64,000 nt of DNA from a virus. A program made the position numbers and the translations under genes. Below the pieces are notes generated by a model. It was not told the origin of the DNA and did no database searches. It saw only the letters and a program-made list of their open reading frames with translations. Positions within the stretch are counted from its first letter, which is position 1; each line of letters opens with the position of its first letter. Of the stretch, positions 26,843 through 36,760 are shown one piece after another. The DNA is taken from the IMG/VR virus record IMGVR_UViG_3300027704_000014, positions 20,916 through 84,915 of that record. One strand, given 5' to 3'.

Positions 26843-27790
26843 ATGAGAAGAATTTTTACGTTCGGGTGTAGCATGACCGAATACCAATGGCCTACGTGGG
26901 CTGATATGTTATGCTACCATTATAATCAAGAGGAAGGTGCTGAAACATACAATTATGCTAATTGTGGCATGGGCAACGAACATGTTGTGCAAGCATTAAC
27001 AGCAGCTGATCTAAAGCATACATTCACAGATGACGATATTATATGTGTACTGTGGAGTAGTTGGCTAAGAGAAGATCGACTTTGGCAAGATAAACGTTGG
27101 GGCAAAAATGGAAGTATTCTTAACACTCCAACTACTCAGCCATTTGGTGAGTTTGCTAATAATTATTTTAGTTTAGAAAACTATATAATGAAAAATATTA
27201 CTAATATACATACTGCTAATAAAGCATTCAAGATTACTTATCAGGATCACATCTTCCAATGTGAGGAACCATTAATGTCTGAGGAGGCTGATAAGTTGTT
27301 GCACAGTTTTTACTTTGATATGCCAGGTGGTGCTGCGTTTACTAAAGAAGACGTAGCAGAGTATATTAAAGGTAACGGTGGTGTAGACGGGCAGTCAATA
27401 ATCAGAGAGGTAGATGGCCATCCTAGTCCAGCTGAACATTTATTATACTTAGAGAATAAAGTATTACCTGCACTAGGCATCTCACAATTAAATACTAAAG
27501 CAGCAGAATGGGTAGATATTTGGGACAAACGAATAACACTTGCGAATAAGCAGATAATAGCAGCGTCGGGTCATCCAGTGGATGATGCTGTATTTAATGC
27601 AAGAGGAACATGGTCAGAGATGATAACAAATGAAACTAGCACTTGGATGGATAGATGGGAAGACTTGTGGGACACGCAATTTTTACATAGCGTTGGGTCT
27701 GAAGAAGGTGTTTACAAAATGTTACAACTCTACCAGGATAAGTATGGAAACGGCCAAAAGTCTAACTTTGATTACCATCCAAATGAATAA
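26843..27790 (+). CDS. SGNH-fold esterase/acyltransferase-like protein
   Basis: FTFGCSMT, G.GN, WSSW.R.D, DGHP. Confidence 0.65.
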   Translation: MRRIFTFGCSMTEYQWPTWADMLCYHYNQEEGAETYNYANCGMGNEHVVQALTAADLKHTFTDDDIICVLWSSWLREDRLWQDKRWGKNGSILNTPTTQPFGEFANNYFSLENYIMKNITNIHTANKAFKITYQDHIFQCEEPLMSEEADKLLHSFYFDMPGGAAFTKEDVAEYIKGNGGVDGQSIIREVDGHPSPAEHLLYLENKVLPALGISQLNTKAAEWVDIWDKRITLANKQIIAASGHPVDDAVFNARGTWSEMITNETSTWMDRWEDLWDTQFLHSVGSEEGVYKMLQLYQDKYGNGQKSNFDYHPNE

Positions 27791-28514
27791 ACTCAAATAA
27801 CTTTTTTGCATGAAGTCTATGAGGCTCTTCGTTGTGGTGCCAGTACTTTGCTTTAGGATTTTCATATCCTGCATTTCTATAATGCCAAAAGAAGGCGGCA
27901 TCATTGTCTAGCATATCCATATACTTACTTTGATCTACTAGGTCAATATAAAACTGTAAGTGTGTGTTTTCAGATGAGAACATTTCCATAGTATTAGTCA
28001 TAACATAGTCAATGCCTTTACTGTTAAAGAAGTACTGCATTTGTAGCACTGTGTTAATACATTCTAACTCACACATAAACTCGTGCCTTGCCTGATACTC
28101 GTGCCAGTAAGGTATAACATCTTTTTCGTAATCGTTACCTCCAGCCCAGCCTGCATTAATTTGTAGGAAGTATTCGTTAATTTTAGTGTAATAGTCTGCG
28201 GCAGTATTAGCTGGAGCATAGCCTATCGCATGCGGGTTAGGTAAATCAATGCGTGTAGTTTCTGTCCAACCTATTAGTACTTTTACGTCCATAGTGTCAG
28301 CATTGTATTCTTTATCAAACCAATTTAGTACACTTCGTGCAATAGCTCTATTACTCATTGCAACCATTGCTATGTTTATAGGCTTCCTGTCCAGCTTTAC
28401 TGCTAGTATGCCACCAAAACTGTTTTTACGATTATACTCGCTGTCTTCACTGCCATCAATTTCACTTCCGCCAGTGTGGCTACAACCTGCTATTAATAAT
28501 ATTCTTTTAATCAT
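27762..28514 (-). CDS. SGNH-fold esterase/acyltransferase-like protein
   Basis: IAGCSHTGG, SN..I.R, IGWT...R, WHHNEEPH. Confidence 0.6.
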   Translation of the reverse strand: MIKRILLIAGCSHTGGSEIDGSEDSEYNRKNSFGGILAVKLDRKPINIAMVAMSNRAIARSVLNWFDKEYNADTMDVKVLIGWTETTRIDLPNPHAIGYAPANTAADYYTKINEYFLQINAGWAGGNDYEKDVIPYWHEYQARHEFMCELECINTVLQMQYFFNSKGIDYVMTNTMEMFSSENTHLQFYIDLVDQSKYMDMLDNDAAFFWHYRNAGYENPKAKYWHHNEEPHRLHAKKLFEFIHLDGNQS

Positions 28515-29931
28515 TGTTAAATTCCGTATTTGCCCATTCTGACTGCCACTGCATGTGTATTAACGAGTTGTCTGATTCGGTTATAGTACCTGTTTGCGTA
28601 TTATCTATTGCTTTTCTGAAATTATACTCTAGTGTATTTCTCATATCAGTATACATTACAAATAACTCGTCATATGATAAAGTTTCAATCCAATCAATAA
28701 TTTCTACAATCTTTTTAAGTCTTAGTACATGATTTTCTTCTTCATCATAACTTTCGTCCCACCACTTGTTAAATGTTTTGTAACCTGCTTCTCTCATACT
28801 CTTTAATGTGTAAGGCGGTGCGAGCAGTATGAACGGAGTTTTATATACTACCGATTGTATTGCTTTTTCACTATAGTTGCCTGTTGGTTGTGCAAATCTA
28901 CTCTCAACATGCACACTAACAAATGTTTCTCTATAATATTTTTCTAGTCTATGTTGTTTTTCGTTATATGCTACAGGATTCATACCATCGTTAACTTGCT
29001 TGTCATCTAGATCCGCTGGGTAATTATGAGCAGCATGCTCGCGAATAAATGTCGAACCGGATGCTTTAAAATCTAATTCATATGGCGCAATTCTATTCAT
29101 TTTTATTGTACTTGCCTGAAATCTTTCGTTAAAGCCTGGAAAGTATTTATTCATTTCTTCTTTATTTGCCCATGGTGATTGCTCACATATATTTGGAGAT
29201 ACAGCAAAGTACCAGGATAAATGCGAATCACATTCTGCCATCACTGTAGATATTAAGTACCTAGCAGTTGTGTATCTCCACATAGGACAAACAAATTTCT
29301 TTGTAATTTTTACTTTAGGTTCTTGACTCATGCCATCGTATATCCGTAAGTCTCTTAAAAATAAATCGTCGTATATTAACGTCATATGATCTTTATATAA
29401 CGGATAATACTTGTCAGCATCATAATCACAAGTTGCTACAGTAACATTAGTCAATGCATGTTTCCTTACAAAATTCCAAATACTGTCTAACTCTTTTGCT
29501 CTAAACTCTCTTGTGTTACCGTCGTTATAAAATTCACTATAAAAGCCAAAGTTAAAGTTATGGAATAGTGTATGAGCGTAACGATCGTTTACCATATGCG
29601 AGCACAATGGCTCTGTTAGAAATATCTTGAGACCATGCTTGTTTAAGAATTTACGAGTTTCTAAAGATAATTCTGTAGCATCTAGTGAAATCATGGGACC
29701 ATTAGAATAATATACTATAACTGCTGTCAATGGGTCATCTAAGGATAGTGTTCCTAGCCTACTGTAGTCGCTGAAGGTGGCCTTTAAAAATTCATTTGTC
29801 TCTACCTTAGGTATGTGATCTAGCTCACCAGGGAAATTATGCGTGTATAAACTTGACTCAGTTTGAATCATATCTGTGCCGTTTTGCTCATCGTCAGATA
29901 TATGTACTGTTGTTTTTTTCTCTCTAGCCAT
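28507..29931 (-). CDS. putative GT-B glycosyltransferase, paralog 2 of 4
   Basis: VESRF.....NYSEK....YKTPF...GYKTFNKWWDESYD. Confidence 0.6.
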   Translation of the reverse strand: MAREKKTTVHISDDEQNGTDMIQTESSLYTHNFPGELDHIPKVETNEFLKATFSDYSRLGTLSLDDPLTAVIVYYSNGPMISLDATELSLETRKFLNKHGLKIFLTEPLCSHMVNDRYAHTLFHNFNFGFYSEFYNDGNTREFRAKELDSIWNFVRKHALTNVTVATCDYDADKYYPLYKDHMTLIYDDLFLRDLRIYDGMSQEPKVKITKKFVCPMWRYTTARYLISTVMAECDSHLSWYFAVSPNICEQSPWANKEEMNKYFPGFNERFQASTIKMNRIAPYELDFKASGSTFIREHAAHNYPADLDDKQVNDGMNPVAYNEKQHRLEKYYRETFVSVHVESRFAQPTGNYSEKAIQSVVYKTPFILLAPPYTLKSMREAGYKTFNKWWDESYDEEENHVLRLKKIVEIIDWIETLSYDELFVMYTDMRNTLEYNFRKAIDNTQTGTITESDNSLIHMQWQSEWANTEFNND

Positions 29932-30430
29932 TAACTATTGTTCCTGTTATTTGTAATGCGTATCGATCTTTTGTTCCAATATTTGCACTTGCATGGTCTA
30001 CGTCTGCATGCCATAGCACAAAGTCTCCTGCTTTCCAAGAAGTTAGTGCGTTATGGTCTACTTCTAAATATTGTCCTGGTGCCCAATCTTCTAAAAATAA
30101 TAATGCTCTGTATACATCACTTCTATTTACTTCGAATACTTTGCAGTATGTTTCAAAGTGATCTATATGGTTAGGCATTATGTCTAATGTTGTTAGTTTA
30201 TAAAATACAAATCCTGCGTTTGTTAAACCCATTTGCTCTGCTACTGTATCTGTCCATGCTGGCATAGGATTGCGACTGTCGTACATGCCGCCTGAGAAAC
30301 TCTCATGGTAATAACCAAGTGAGCGCCAGTTCTCCATTTCTTCTTCTTTGAGTGGCTGCTTAGTATATTCGTAGTCTTTAAATGCGTCTTGCCAAACTAC
30401 AGCTACTTTGCCGTATGTTACGTTATCCAT
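29924..30430 (-). CDS. 2OG-Fe(II) dioxygenase-like protein
   Basis: PNHID (HxD), distal DHASAN, RYALQITG. Confidence 0.75.
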   Translation of the reverse strand: MDNVTYGKVAVVWQDAFKDYEYTKQPLKEEEMENWRSLGYYHESFSGGMYDSRNPMPAWTDTVAEQMGLTNAGFVFYKLTTLDIMPNHIDHFETYCKVFEVNRSDVYRALLFLEDWAPGQYLEVDHNALTSWKAGDFVLWHADVDHASANIGTKDRYALQITGTIVNG

Positions 30431-31007
30431 ATATGTTAAATTCCACTGGTATTATGTTATGGTATCCCCAGTAATATGTCTTTAGTGGGTCATGTGTTCC
30501 GTCATCTAGTTGTGCTGTTGTATGAGAATAATTGACTCCTTCGTTAGTTATACTAGGAAACGGTAGAGATAGATTTATAAGTACTCCTACGTTTAACGGA
30601 TTACTCGATGGATTAAGATATGCAAAATCTTTTAAATCTTTGGCTGCTTTACTAATACATCTACCTAAATGTACACCACATAAAAATATGTTATCGTATG
30701 TTGGGTATTCAGTATTAAATATATTAGTTACATTATTATGTAAAGATCGTATATGCTGTAACTCAGGTACTGTTTCGTTAACATCATGCACGAAGTCAGC
30801 ACCGAGATGTGGTTTAGTATGTGTTGGCGTATTTACATAAACATCAGTTCCGTGATTTACTGACTCCCACCGTGTAACTCGAGAAATAAATTTAGATAAT
30901 TCCTTTACATCGGTCAACATGTGAGCATGATATTCAGCATCTGCTGGCATTAAAGAATGCCACATATCAATTATAACAATTGCTGATTTGCCGGATGGTC
31001 TATTCAC
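30423..31007 (-). CDS. isochorismatase/cysteine hydrolase-like protein
   Basis: SAIVIIDMW, IFLCGVHLGRCI. Confidence 0.5.
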   Translation of the reverse strand: MNRPSGKSAIVIIDMWHSLMPADAEYHAHMLTDVKELSKFISRVTRWESVNHGTDVYVNTPTHTKPHLGADFVHDVNETVPELQHIRSLHNNVTNIFNTEYPTYDNIFLCGVHLGRCISKAAKDLKDFAYLNPSSNPLNVGVLINLSLPFPSITNEGVNYSHTTAQLDDGTHDPLKTYYWGYHNIIPVEFNIYG

Positions 31008-31977
31008 GTTCTAGGTCCAATGTAACACAATGAAAGCCGCCGCCTAGTGTACGCTGGTGCCTAATAGGTAGCATTGCACTTTCTATGCCATACTTTTCTA
31101 GCTCTTTTGCTAACGGTGTTTGATGTTCTTCTAATACTACTAAGTTAGGATTTACACTTAACAAATTCATATTAATCCACACACTAGCATTATTGTAATG
31201 ACTATGGTAGCCAATGTCTACTGGCTCAGGACACATAATGTAGTCCCAACTTCTAAACGGTTCGGGCAATACATTTACATCTTTTATTCTACTAGGGTTA
31301 AGTAGCATTAAACCCTCTCGTAGAAACGCTACAGTGCTGTCTATGTGCATGTAACTGTACACACCCTCTAATGTGTGTACTTTAGCAGTATCGCCTAGTA
31401 GATCCTGTAACAGCATTGCTCCTTGCTTATTACCACTATTGCTTACTAGATATAATATATCCTCGTTAGCACGAATAGTGTTAGCGGCATCGAACAATGG
31501 AGTTAGTTCGTTTAGTGCAAGTGTATCAGGATCACCACAACAATCTAAATTGTAATTGTAATCTCCTCTGTCAGCAGCTAATACAACCATAGGCTCATCA
31601 AAAGCGTGATTAATATTTTTCCAATTAGTTGCTCTAGGGCGTATAGGGTTAGGTGTAGCCAATGCTAGTTTATTATGTACAAACCCAATATCTCTTGGGC
31701 AGTAATCGTAGTATTGTGTTTTCTCTACAGGCTGTGGGCGTATTACTTCTGCACCTTCACCTTCTAAAAATTTACTTAGAGTATCTAAGTCTTCGTTTGA
31801 TTCGTCTATGACTTGCTGTGGATAGTCGCCACTAGTAATAGTGCTTTCGTCAGCAACATCTGCATAGTTTACTGTGCGTACACTTATGTCTATGGGAGGT
31901 ACAGTAGCACCAGTTGCAGTGCCTACTATTACTTTTTTTAGTGTGTCCCATTCATTGGTCGCGTATTTCTTAGTCAT
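31000..31977 (-). CDS. amidinotransferase (StrB1/glycine amidinotransferase family)
   Basis: NEWDTLKKVIVG, CPRD, FDAAN, HIDST, MNLLS, RTLGGGFHCVTLD. Confidence 0.93.
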   Translation of the reverse strand: MTKKYATNEWDTLKKVIVGTATGATVPPIDISVRTVNYADVADESTITSGDYPQQVIDESNEDLDTLSKFLEGEGAEVIRPQPVEKTQYYDYCPRDIGFVHNKLALATPNPIRPRATNWKNINHAFDEPMVVLAADRGDYNYNLDCCGDPDTLALNELTPLFDAANTIRANEDILYLVSNSGNKQGAMLLQDLLGDTAKVHTLEGVYSYMHIDSTVAFLREGLMLLNPSRIKDVNVLPEPFRSWDYIMCPEPVDIGYHSHYNNASVWINMNLLSVNPNLVVLEEHQTPLAKELEKYGIESAMLPIRHQRTLGGGFHCVTLDLERE

Positions 31978-34327
31978 CCTCACCACTACTAGTGCTAGTA
32001 AAGGGCATGTTAGCCATATCGCCTACAAGTTGTACAACCTGTGTTTGATTAGGGTTTAAGTCTTCTACTGATTGTGCATCAGTAGAGGCACGATATGCTG
32101 CCAAATCATTTAAGTGTTCGTTATCATCATTCACACCGGGTGAAATCTCAGCAGCAACTTCAACATCATGCGAACCACGATCCCATTTACCTGTTCCGAT
32201 ATAGTTGTAGTCAAAGGTAAAGTCAATGTTATCATTAAGGAATTTTTCTTCTTCAAGCAAATCATTAAAGTCTATGTCTCCGCGACCTGCTAATTTATCC
32301 CAATCTGGTTTTGCTAGTGCTCTTGCTCGCAGTGCAGGGTTACTTTGCATACGACTATAGTCTTGTGCAAAGAATGGGCCTTTTCTGCCTACTGGCGGTG
32401 CTTCTCTCATATCATATGGGTTGTCAATTTGCTTATAATCATATGTAAATTTAGCTGTCCAGCTGCCGGATGCACTAATTCTAAATTTGTACACTGCTGT
32501 AAACATGCCTGGTCCAAACTGATTGCCAAACTCTTTTAAATCAATCTCTGGATTGAAATGTATTTGGGCTGTGTAACCACCTCTGGTTCTCCACAACATT
32601 CTCAAGAAAGGCCATATCTCATTTACTAAGTTATCAGCAAACGGTGAGATGTCTGGCTTAATGATCTTGTAATCAAAATTCTCATATTCTATTTCGTGCT
32701 GAGCACCCGGATCATCTAATGTTATTTCATAATGTTCTTTAACTAAGTTACGTCTAATTGGATAACCATACGGTACGTCAGTACACCCTGCAATAAGATC
32801 TAAGTACATGTGGAAGAACTTAACACGATGCATAACGTGTGTTCCTGCAATAGTAAAGTCATTTGCAATCCAATGATTCATATACTTGTGATACGAAACA
32901 TTATACTTATGAGGATTCTGCCCTACAATAGTTTCTGGTCCTACAGCCATTCCAACACCGGCACCAACGTTGTTGATGTTCATGTTTCTGTTACGCCATA
33001 AGAACTGCATACTTTGTGCAAAGTCGTCGTGCTTCTCTGTTGGGAAGCCTACGATCCAGTTAGTGGCCGCCATTACGCCGTACTTCTTGCCCCACTTAAA
33101 GTTATCTTCCATTTCCTTAATTGTGACACCCTTAGCCATGTCGTCTAGTACACGTTGACTACCAGATTCGATACCGTAGTTAAACATAATGCAACCACCG
33201 TCGCCGGAGATGTCTCTGAAAAATTCTTCGTCCATTCTACCATCGCAACGAGCATAACCTGTCCAACGCATAGGAATTTTCTTTGCTCTTAGTGCAAGTG
33301 AAAACGCCCTTAGTTCATTGGGTACGCCATTTACAAGACTGTCAATGAACCACATGATGTCTGCACCTTTCTCATAGTACAAATATTCTGCTTCTGTGAT
33401 AACATCAACTGCCTGACGCTGTCTATATTTCCAAAAGTGTGTTTCTTCGCAGAACGTACACTTAGCTGTGCAACCACGTGAGAACTCTGAGGTTACTCCG
33501 TTAGGTACTTTATATTCATTAAAGTCTAGGCCAGTGTAGTCTGGCATAGGCATACCGTTGATGTTTATACGTTCAGTATTAGATTGTTTTAGAACTTGTG
33601 GCTCATCATGTGTAATGCCCTCTTCGAGTTCTTTTAAAATTTGTAGTATAGCATGTTCGCCTTCGCCTGTTACAACATAGTCGTATAAGCCTTTGCTGTC
33701 GAACCAATCCTTGTGTACGTTACTGCCGCCGACCATTTGTTTAATGTGAGGCGCACGTCTACGCAATTCTGCAGACATCCAGTTAGTAGGCTCTTCAGAG
33801 ATGTAATACTGACTGAATCCTACAATAGTGGGGTTTGCTTCTATGATTTGATCAATGCCTTTTATAAGCAATGGTTCCAACAACGGATGGATATCTGTTA
33901 AGTAGGTATCGCCTAGCCAATGCCAACTAGCACTCGGATCCCACAACATAAAAGGTATTTTATTATTAGGTAGCCAGTCGTCTCTGAACAGATTATACGC
34001 TTTTACATTAAGATCGATAATAGTAGTTTCGTAGCCAGTGCTTTTTAATACACCACTTAGTCTTGCTAAGTTAAAAGGTGGAAACTCTGGTGCCCACTCA
34101 GGACACATAACAAGCATTACAGATGACTCTCTGGTTTTATATTCTGTATATACAGTTGTCATCTTCTTCTGCTGGACTTTCTTTGCAAATGGAGCAATAA
34201 CTTCCATCATGGTTTGATGTCTAGCATCTTCGATACTTAGATCTGGCTTAGCGTATGAGTTCACTTTTTCTGTTGCCAGATTATCTAAGTTGAAATCAAT
34301 TACTGGCTTTTTTGAGTCGTCTGACAT
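31970..34327 (-). CDS. cobalamin-binding radical SAM enzyme (class B methyltransferase-like)
   Basis: PPFNLARL, IIDLN, VGFS, VGG, GEGE, SRGCTAKCTFC, GIESGSQRVL, IVGFPTE. Confidence 0.9.
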   Translation of the reverse strand: MSDDSKKPVIDFNLDNLATEKVNSYAKPDLSIEDARHQTMMEVIAPFAKKVQQKKMTTVYTEYKTRESSVMLVMCPEWAPEFPPFNLARLSGVLKSTGYETTIIDLNVKAYNLFRDDWLPNNKIPFMLWDPSASWHWLGDTYLTDIHPLLEPLLIKGIDQIIEANPTIVGFSQYYISEEPTNWMSAELRRRAPHIKQMVGGSNVHKDWFDSKGLYDYVVTGEGEHAILQILKELEEGITHDEPQVLKQSNTERININGMPMPDYTGLDFNEYKVPNGVTSEFSRGCTAKCTFCEETHFWKYRQRQAVDVITEAEYLYYEKGADIMWFIDSLVNGVPNELRAFSLALRAKKIPMRWTGYARCDGRMDEEFFRDISGDGGCIMFNYGIESGSQRVLDDMAKGVTIKEMEDNFKWGKKYGVMAATNWIVGFPTEKHDDFAQSMQFLWRNRNMNINNVGAGVGMAVGPETIVGQNPHKYNVSYHKYMNHWIANDFTIAGTHVMHRVKFFHMYLDLIAGCTDVPYGYPIRRNLVKEHYEITLDDPGAQHEIEYENFDYKIIKPDISPFADNLVNEIWPFLRMLWRTRGGYTAQIHFNPEIDLKEFGNQFGPGMFTAVYKFRISASGSWTAKFTYDYKQIDNPYDMREAPPVGRKGPFFAQDYSRMQSNPALRARALAKPDWDKLAGRGDIDFNDLLEEEKFLNDNIDFTFDYNYIGTGKWDRGSHDVEVAAEISPGVNDDNEHLNDLAAYRASTDAQSVEDLNPNQTQVVQLVGDMANMPFTSTSSGEDD

Positions 34328-34354
34328 AATTTCTTCTGTTCCTATTGATGCAGC

Positions 34355-34360
34355 TATTTA
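34355..34360 (-). promoter_or_regulatory. T4-late-like promoter (TAAATA)
   Basis: Intergenic GGTAAATA upstream of ATG 34327. Confidence 0.45.
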
Positions 34361-34370
34361 CCGCTTTTTG

Positions 34371-35960
34371 CTAGTATGCAGTATTGTTCATGAGCAACCG
34401 AGAGAAGTTCATTGGTGCTGCTATTAGCTCTTTATTTCTACTAAGTACATCAAAATTATGCTGTAGGGTAGGCACCATTTCTTCTATCATTTGTTGCCAC
34501 TCGTCATGTGATAAGTTTATTAAACGTTTAGCTTCTTCCATTACCATATCCATTCGTTTATCACAGTCCGGTTCTAAATCGTAACTCTCATCTATCCATC
34601 TGCTGAACGTTTTATACCCGAACTTGCGTAGGTTTTCTAATGTTCTATCTACCCCTACTACTACAAACGGATGCTTCATACATAATGGTTTATATATTTT
34701 TTCACTTAAAAATACACTGTTTGTTGGCTGAATATCTACAAGATGGTTGTACTTGTATGTGTCTTTATAAAATAATGTTTCGTTTACAATACTAAAATAC
34801 GAAGTATCAAAATGTGATATATCGTCACTTTGCAAGTCTGCTGGATTCCAGCGTTCTTCTGTTTTGTTTAAGTTATAATCTAATTCAGGCACAACGTTTT
34901 CAAAGAAATAATGCATAGTATCTTCCCAGTGCCCTATGTCGCCCGGTAAACGAATACCTTTCCATCTATCAAGGTGGCCATCTGTATTATAAAAACTAAC
35001 GTGTCCTTGCTCTATTAAGCCTGCACTGTGTAATTCTGTTATAACTTTTACACGATGTAATCTAGGCATACGGTTATAACATAAGTATTTCTTTTCACGT
35101 TTGCCTGTGTATACTTCTCTGTTTATTTCAGAATAATGACCTACTAGTCCTTGTTCAAACATCATGCCTTTTGCTACTGCTTCAAACCTTGCACAAGGTA
35201 CTATAGCTAATTCTTCTTCAAACCCGTGTTGTTTACACCAGTTACTATATATTTGTTGACCGTTTAGTGCTCCGGTGAGAAACAAAAATCTATTATCAAA
35301 GCCTGGTATGTGCTTTCTTACACGTCTAATAATACTATGACATGTATACAACCTTGTCCAATACATTGCTTCGTCTTTGTCATCGAAGGCAAAGTACTCT
35401 ATACCGTTATATATTTTTTTCTTAATAAAATCTACTAAATCTAATACCGCTAATTGGTCAATAGCATGTTCACGTATAGGTCCTGCATATATTGGAAATA
35501 GTCTGCCTGACTCAAAGTATGGTAGCAGTGGAGAAAAACTAGATCGAAGTACTACGTCATAATTGCCTGAATTTCTACTGTTTGATTCGCCTAAATCTGA
35601 TATGCTCAATTCATTATTTACACGTTGAATAAAATCTGAGCCGTTCCATACCCACTTATCGTTCGAAGTTAGATGTTGCATATCTGCCTGATTGTATGCA
35701 GTAGTTTCTTCATCATCTATTATAAGCAGTGTTTTATTGTAATAATTTTGAAAGTACTCTCGATTCAAACCAACTACTATGGATACATCATATCTAGCAA
35801 AGTCTTCCTTTTCGCCGATGCCTGTATGTACTAATGACTGTATTCCTATGCTCTTTAGTTCTTGTACTAAGTCATCCATCTCTAAGGCTATACAGTCTGT
35901 GATGATTTCAATTTGATCACCAAACTTTTTTGCTTGTTGTGCAATTAAATGTGTATTCAT
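34371..35960 (-). CDS. putative GT-B glycosyltransferase, paralog 3 of 4
   Basis: YLCYNRMPRLHR, SIVNET, FLSEKIYKP...HPF, GYKTFSRWIDESYD. Confidence 0.6.
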   Translation of the reverse strand: MNTHLIAQQAKKFGDQIEIITDCIALEMDDLVQELKSIGIQSLVHTGIGEKEDFARYDVSIVVGLNREYFQNYYNKTLLIIDDEETTAYNQADMQHLTSNDKWVWNGSDFIQRVNNELSISDLGESNSRNSGNYDVVLRSSFSPLLPYFESGRLFPIYAGPIREHAIDQLAVLDLVDFIKKKIYNGIEYFAFDDKDEAMYWTRLYTCHSIIRRVRKHIPGFDNRFLFLTGALNGQQIYSNWCKQHGFEEELAIVPCARFEAVAKGMMFEQGLVGHYSEINREVYTGKREKKYLCYNRMPRLHRVKVITELHSAGLIEQGHVSFYNTDGHLDRWKGIRLPGDIGHWEDTMHYFFENVVPELDYNLNKTEERWNPADLQSDDISHFDTSYFSIVNETLFYKDTYKYNHLVDIQPTNSVFLSEKIYKPLCMKHPFVVVGVDRTLENLRKFGYKTFSRWIDESYDLEPDCDKRMDMVMEEAKRLINLSHDEWQQMIEEMVPTLQHNFDVLSRNKELIAAPMNFSRLLMNNTAY

Positions 35961-36760
35961 GTAAGATCAAACCACGCATGTAATAGTTGTTCTGGTCGTT
36001 CTTCTATTGCTTCAGTATGGGTATCACACGAGCTTGCCCATTCTCCTGTTTCACTAGATAAGTTAAAACCTATTTTGTTTAAGTAGTCGTAATATGTTTT
36101 TGTTTTAGGATGATAATCTACGCTAGGATTTCCTTCGTGGTCGTTGAATGCAAATGTTTCTGCCCACGATCCTCCGCAACCTCTATTTAGAAGATCCGGA
36201 AGTATCTGGTTCCTAAGATCATTGTAAAATATATTTAAATCAGTATAGTCATTTGATAGATCCGGAGTCTGGCTTAACCCATAGTAATCTTGCATATCAG
36301 GATCTACTCCCCACATCGAAATACTATCAAACGATTGCGACTCGAGCATTTTCATTGCTGTGTCTACAATAGCATAGTCCCTTACAGCAAACCCTTTAGT
36401 ATCAGATAGATACTTGTTTACAATCTCTAACGGAATATCACTCTGCGAATATATGTTGCCGGGTGTTTTCCAGTCATTATCTTTAAAACTGTCTTGTCTA
36501 TAGAACGTTGTCCACATAATAGTAACTAAGTCATCTTCGCCAATGTTATAGTATCGCATTGCTTGACTTAACTTAGAAAGTATGTAAGTGTTTCCTGCTC
36601 CAGGTTTACCAGTGTTTACATAGCCTGCATCTGGCATTTCGTGTGTAATTACGTCAGCCCATGTAGGCCAATAGTAGTTAGTAAAACTGCAACCAAATGC
36701 AAAATGTCTTTTATATTTTTTTAGATCTAAATCTTTAATGTTTTGTGTATTGTATATCAT
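35957..36760 (-). CDS. SGNH-fold esterase/acyltransferase-like protein
   Basis: FAFGCSFTNYYWPTWAD, GAGN, DYHP; clear paralog of 26843-27790. Confidence 0.65.
   Translation of the reverse strand: MIYNTQNIKDLDLKKYKRHFAFGCSFTNYYWPTWADVITHEMPDAGYVNTGKPGAGNTYILSKLSQAMRYYNIGEDDLVTIMWTTFYRQDSFKDNDWKTPGNIYSQSDIPLEIVNKYLSDTKGFAVRDYAIVDTAMKMLESQSFDSISMWGVDPDMQDYYGLSQTPDLSNDYTDLNIFYNDLRNQILPDLLNRGCGGSWAETFAFNDHEGNPSVDYHPKTKTYYDYLNKIGFNLSSETGEWASSCDTHTEAIEERPEQLLHAWFDLT

Noticed and set aside
23011-31977. Saxitoxin-like toxin cluster (amidinotransferase plus carbamoyltransferase)
   Set aside because: No SxtA-like PKS/AONS core gene; the context is dominated by glycosyltransferases and nucleotide-sugar enzymes.
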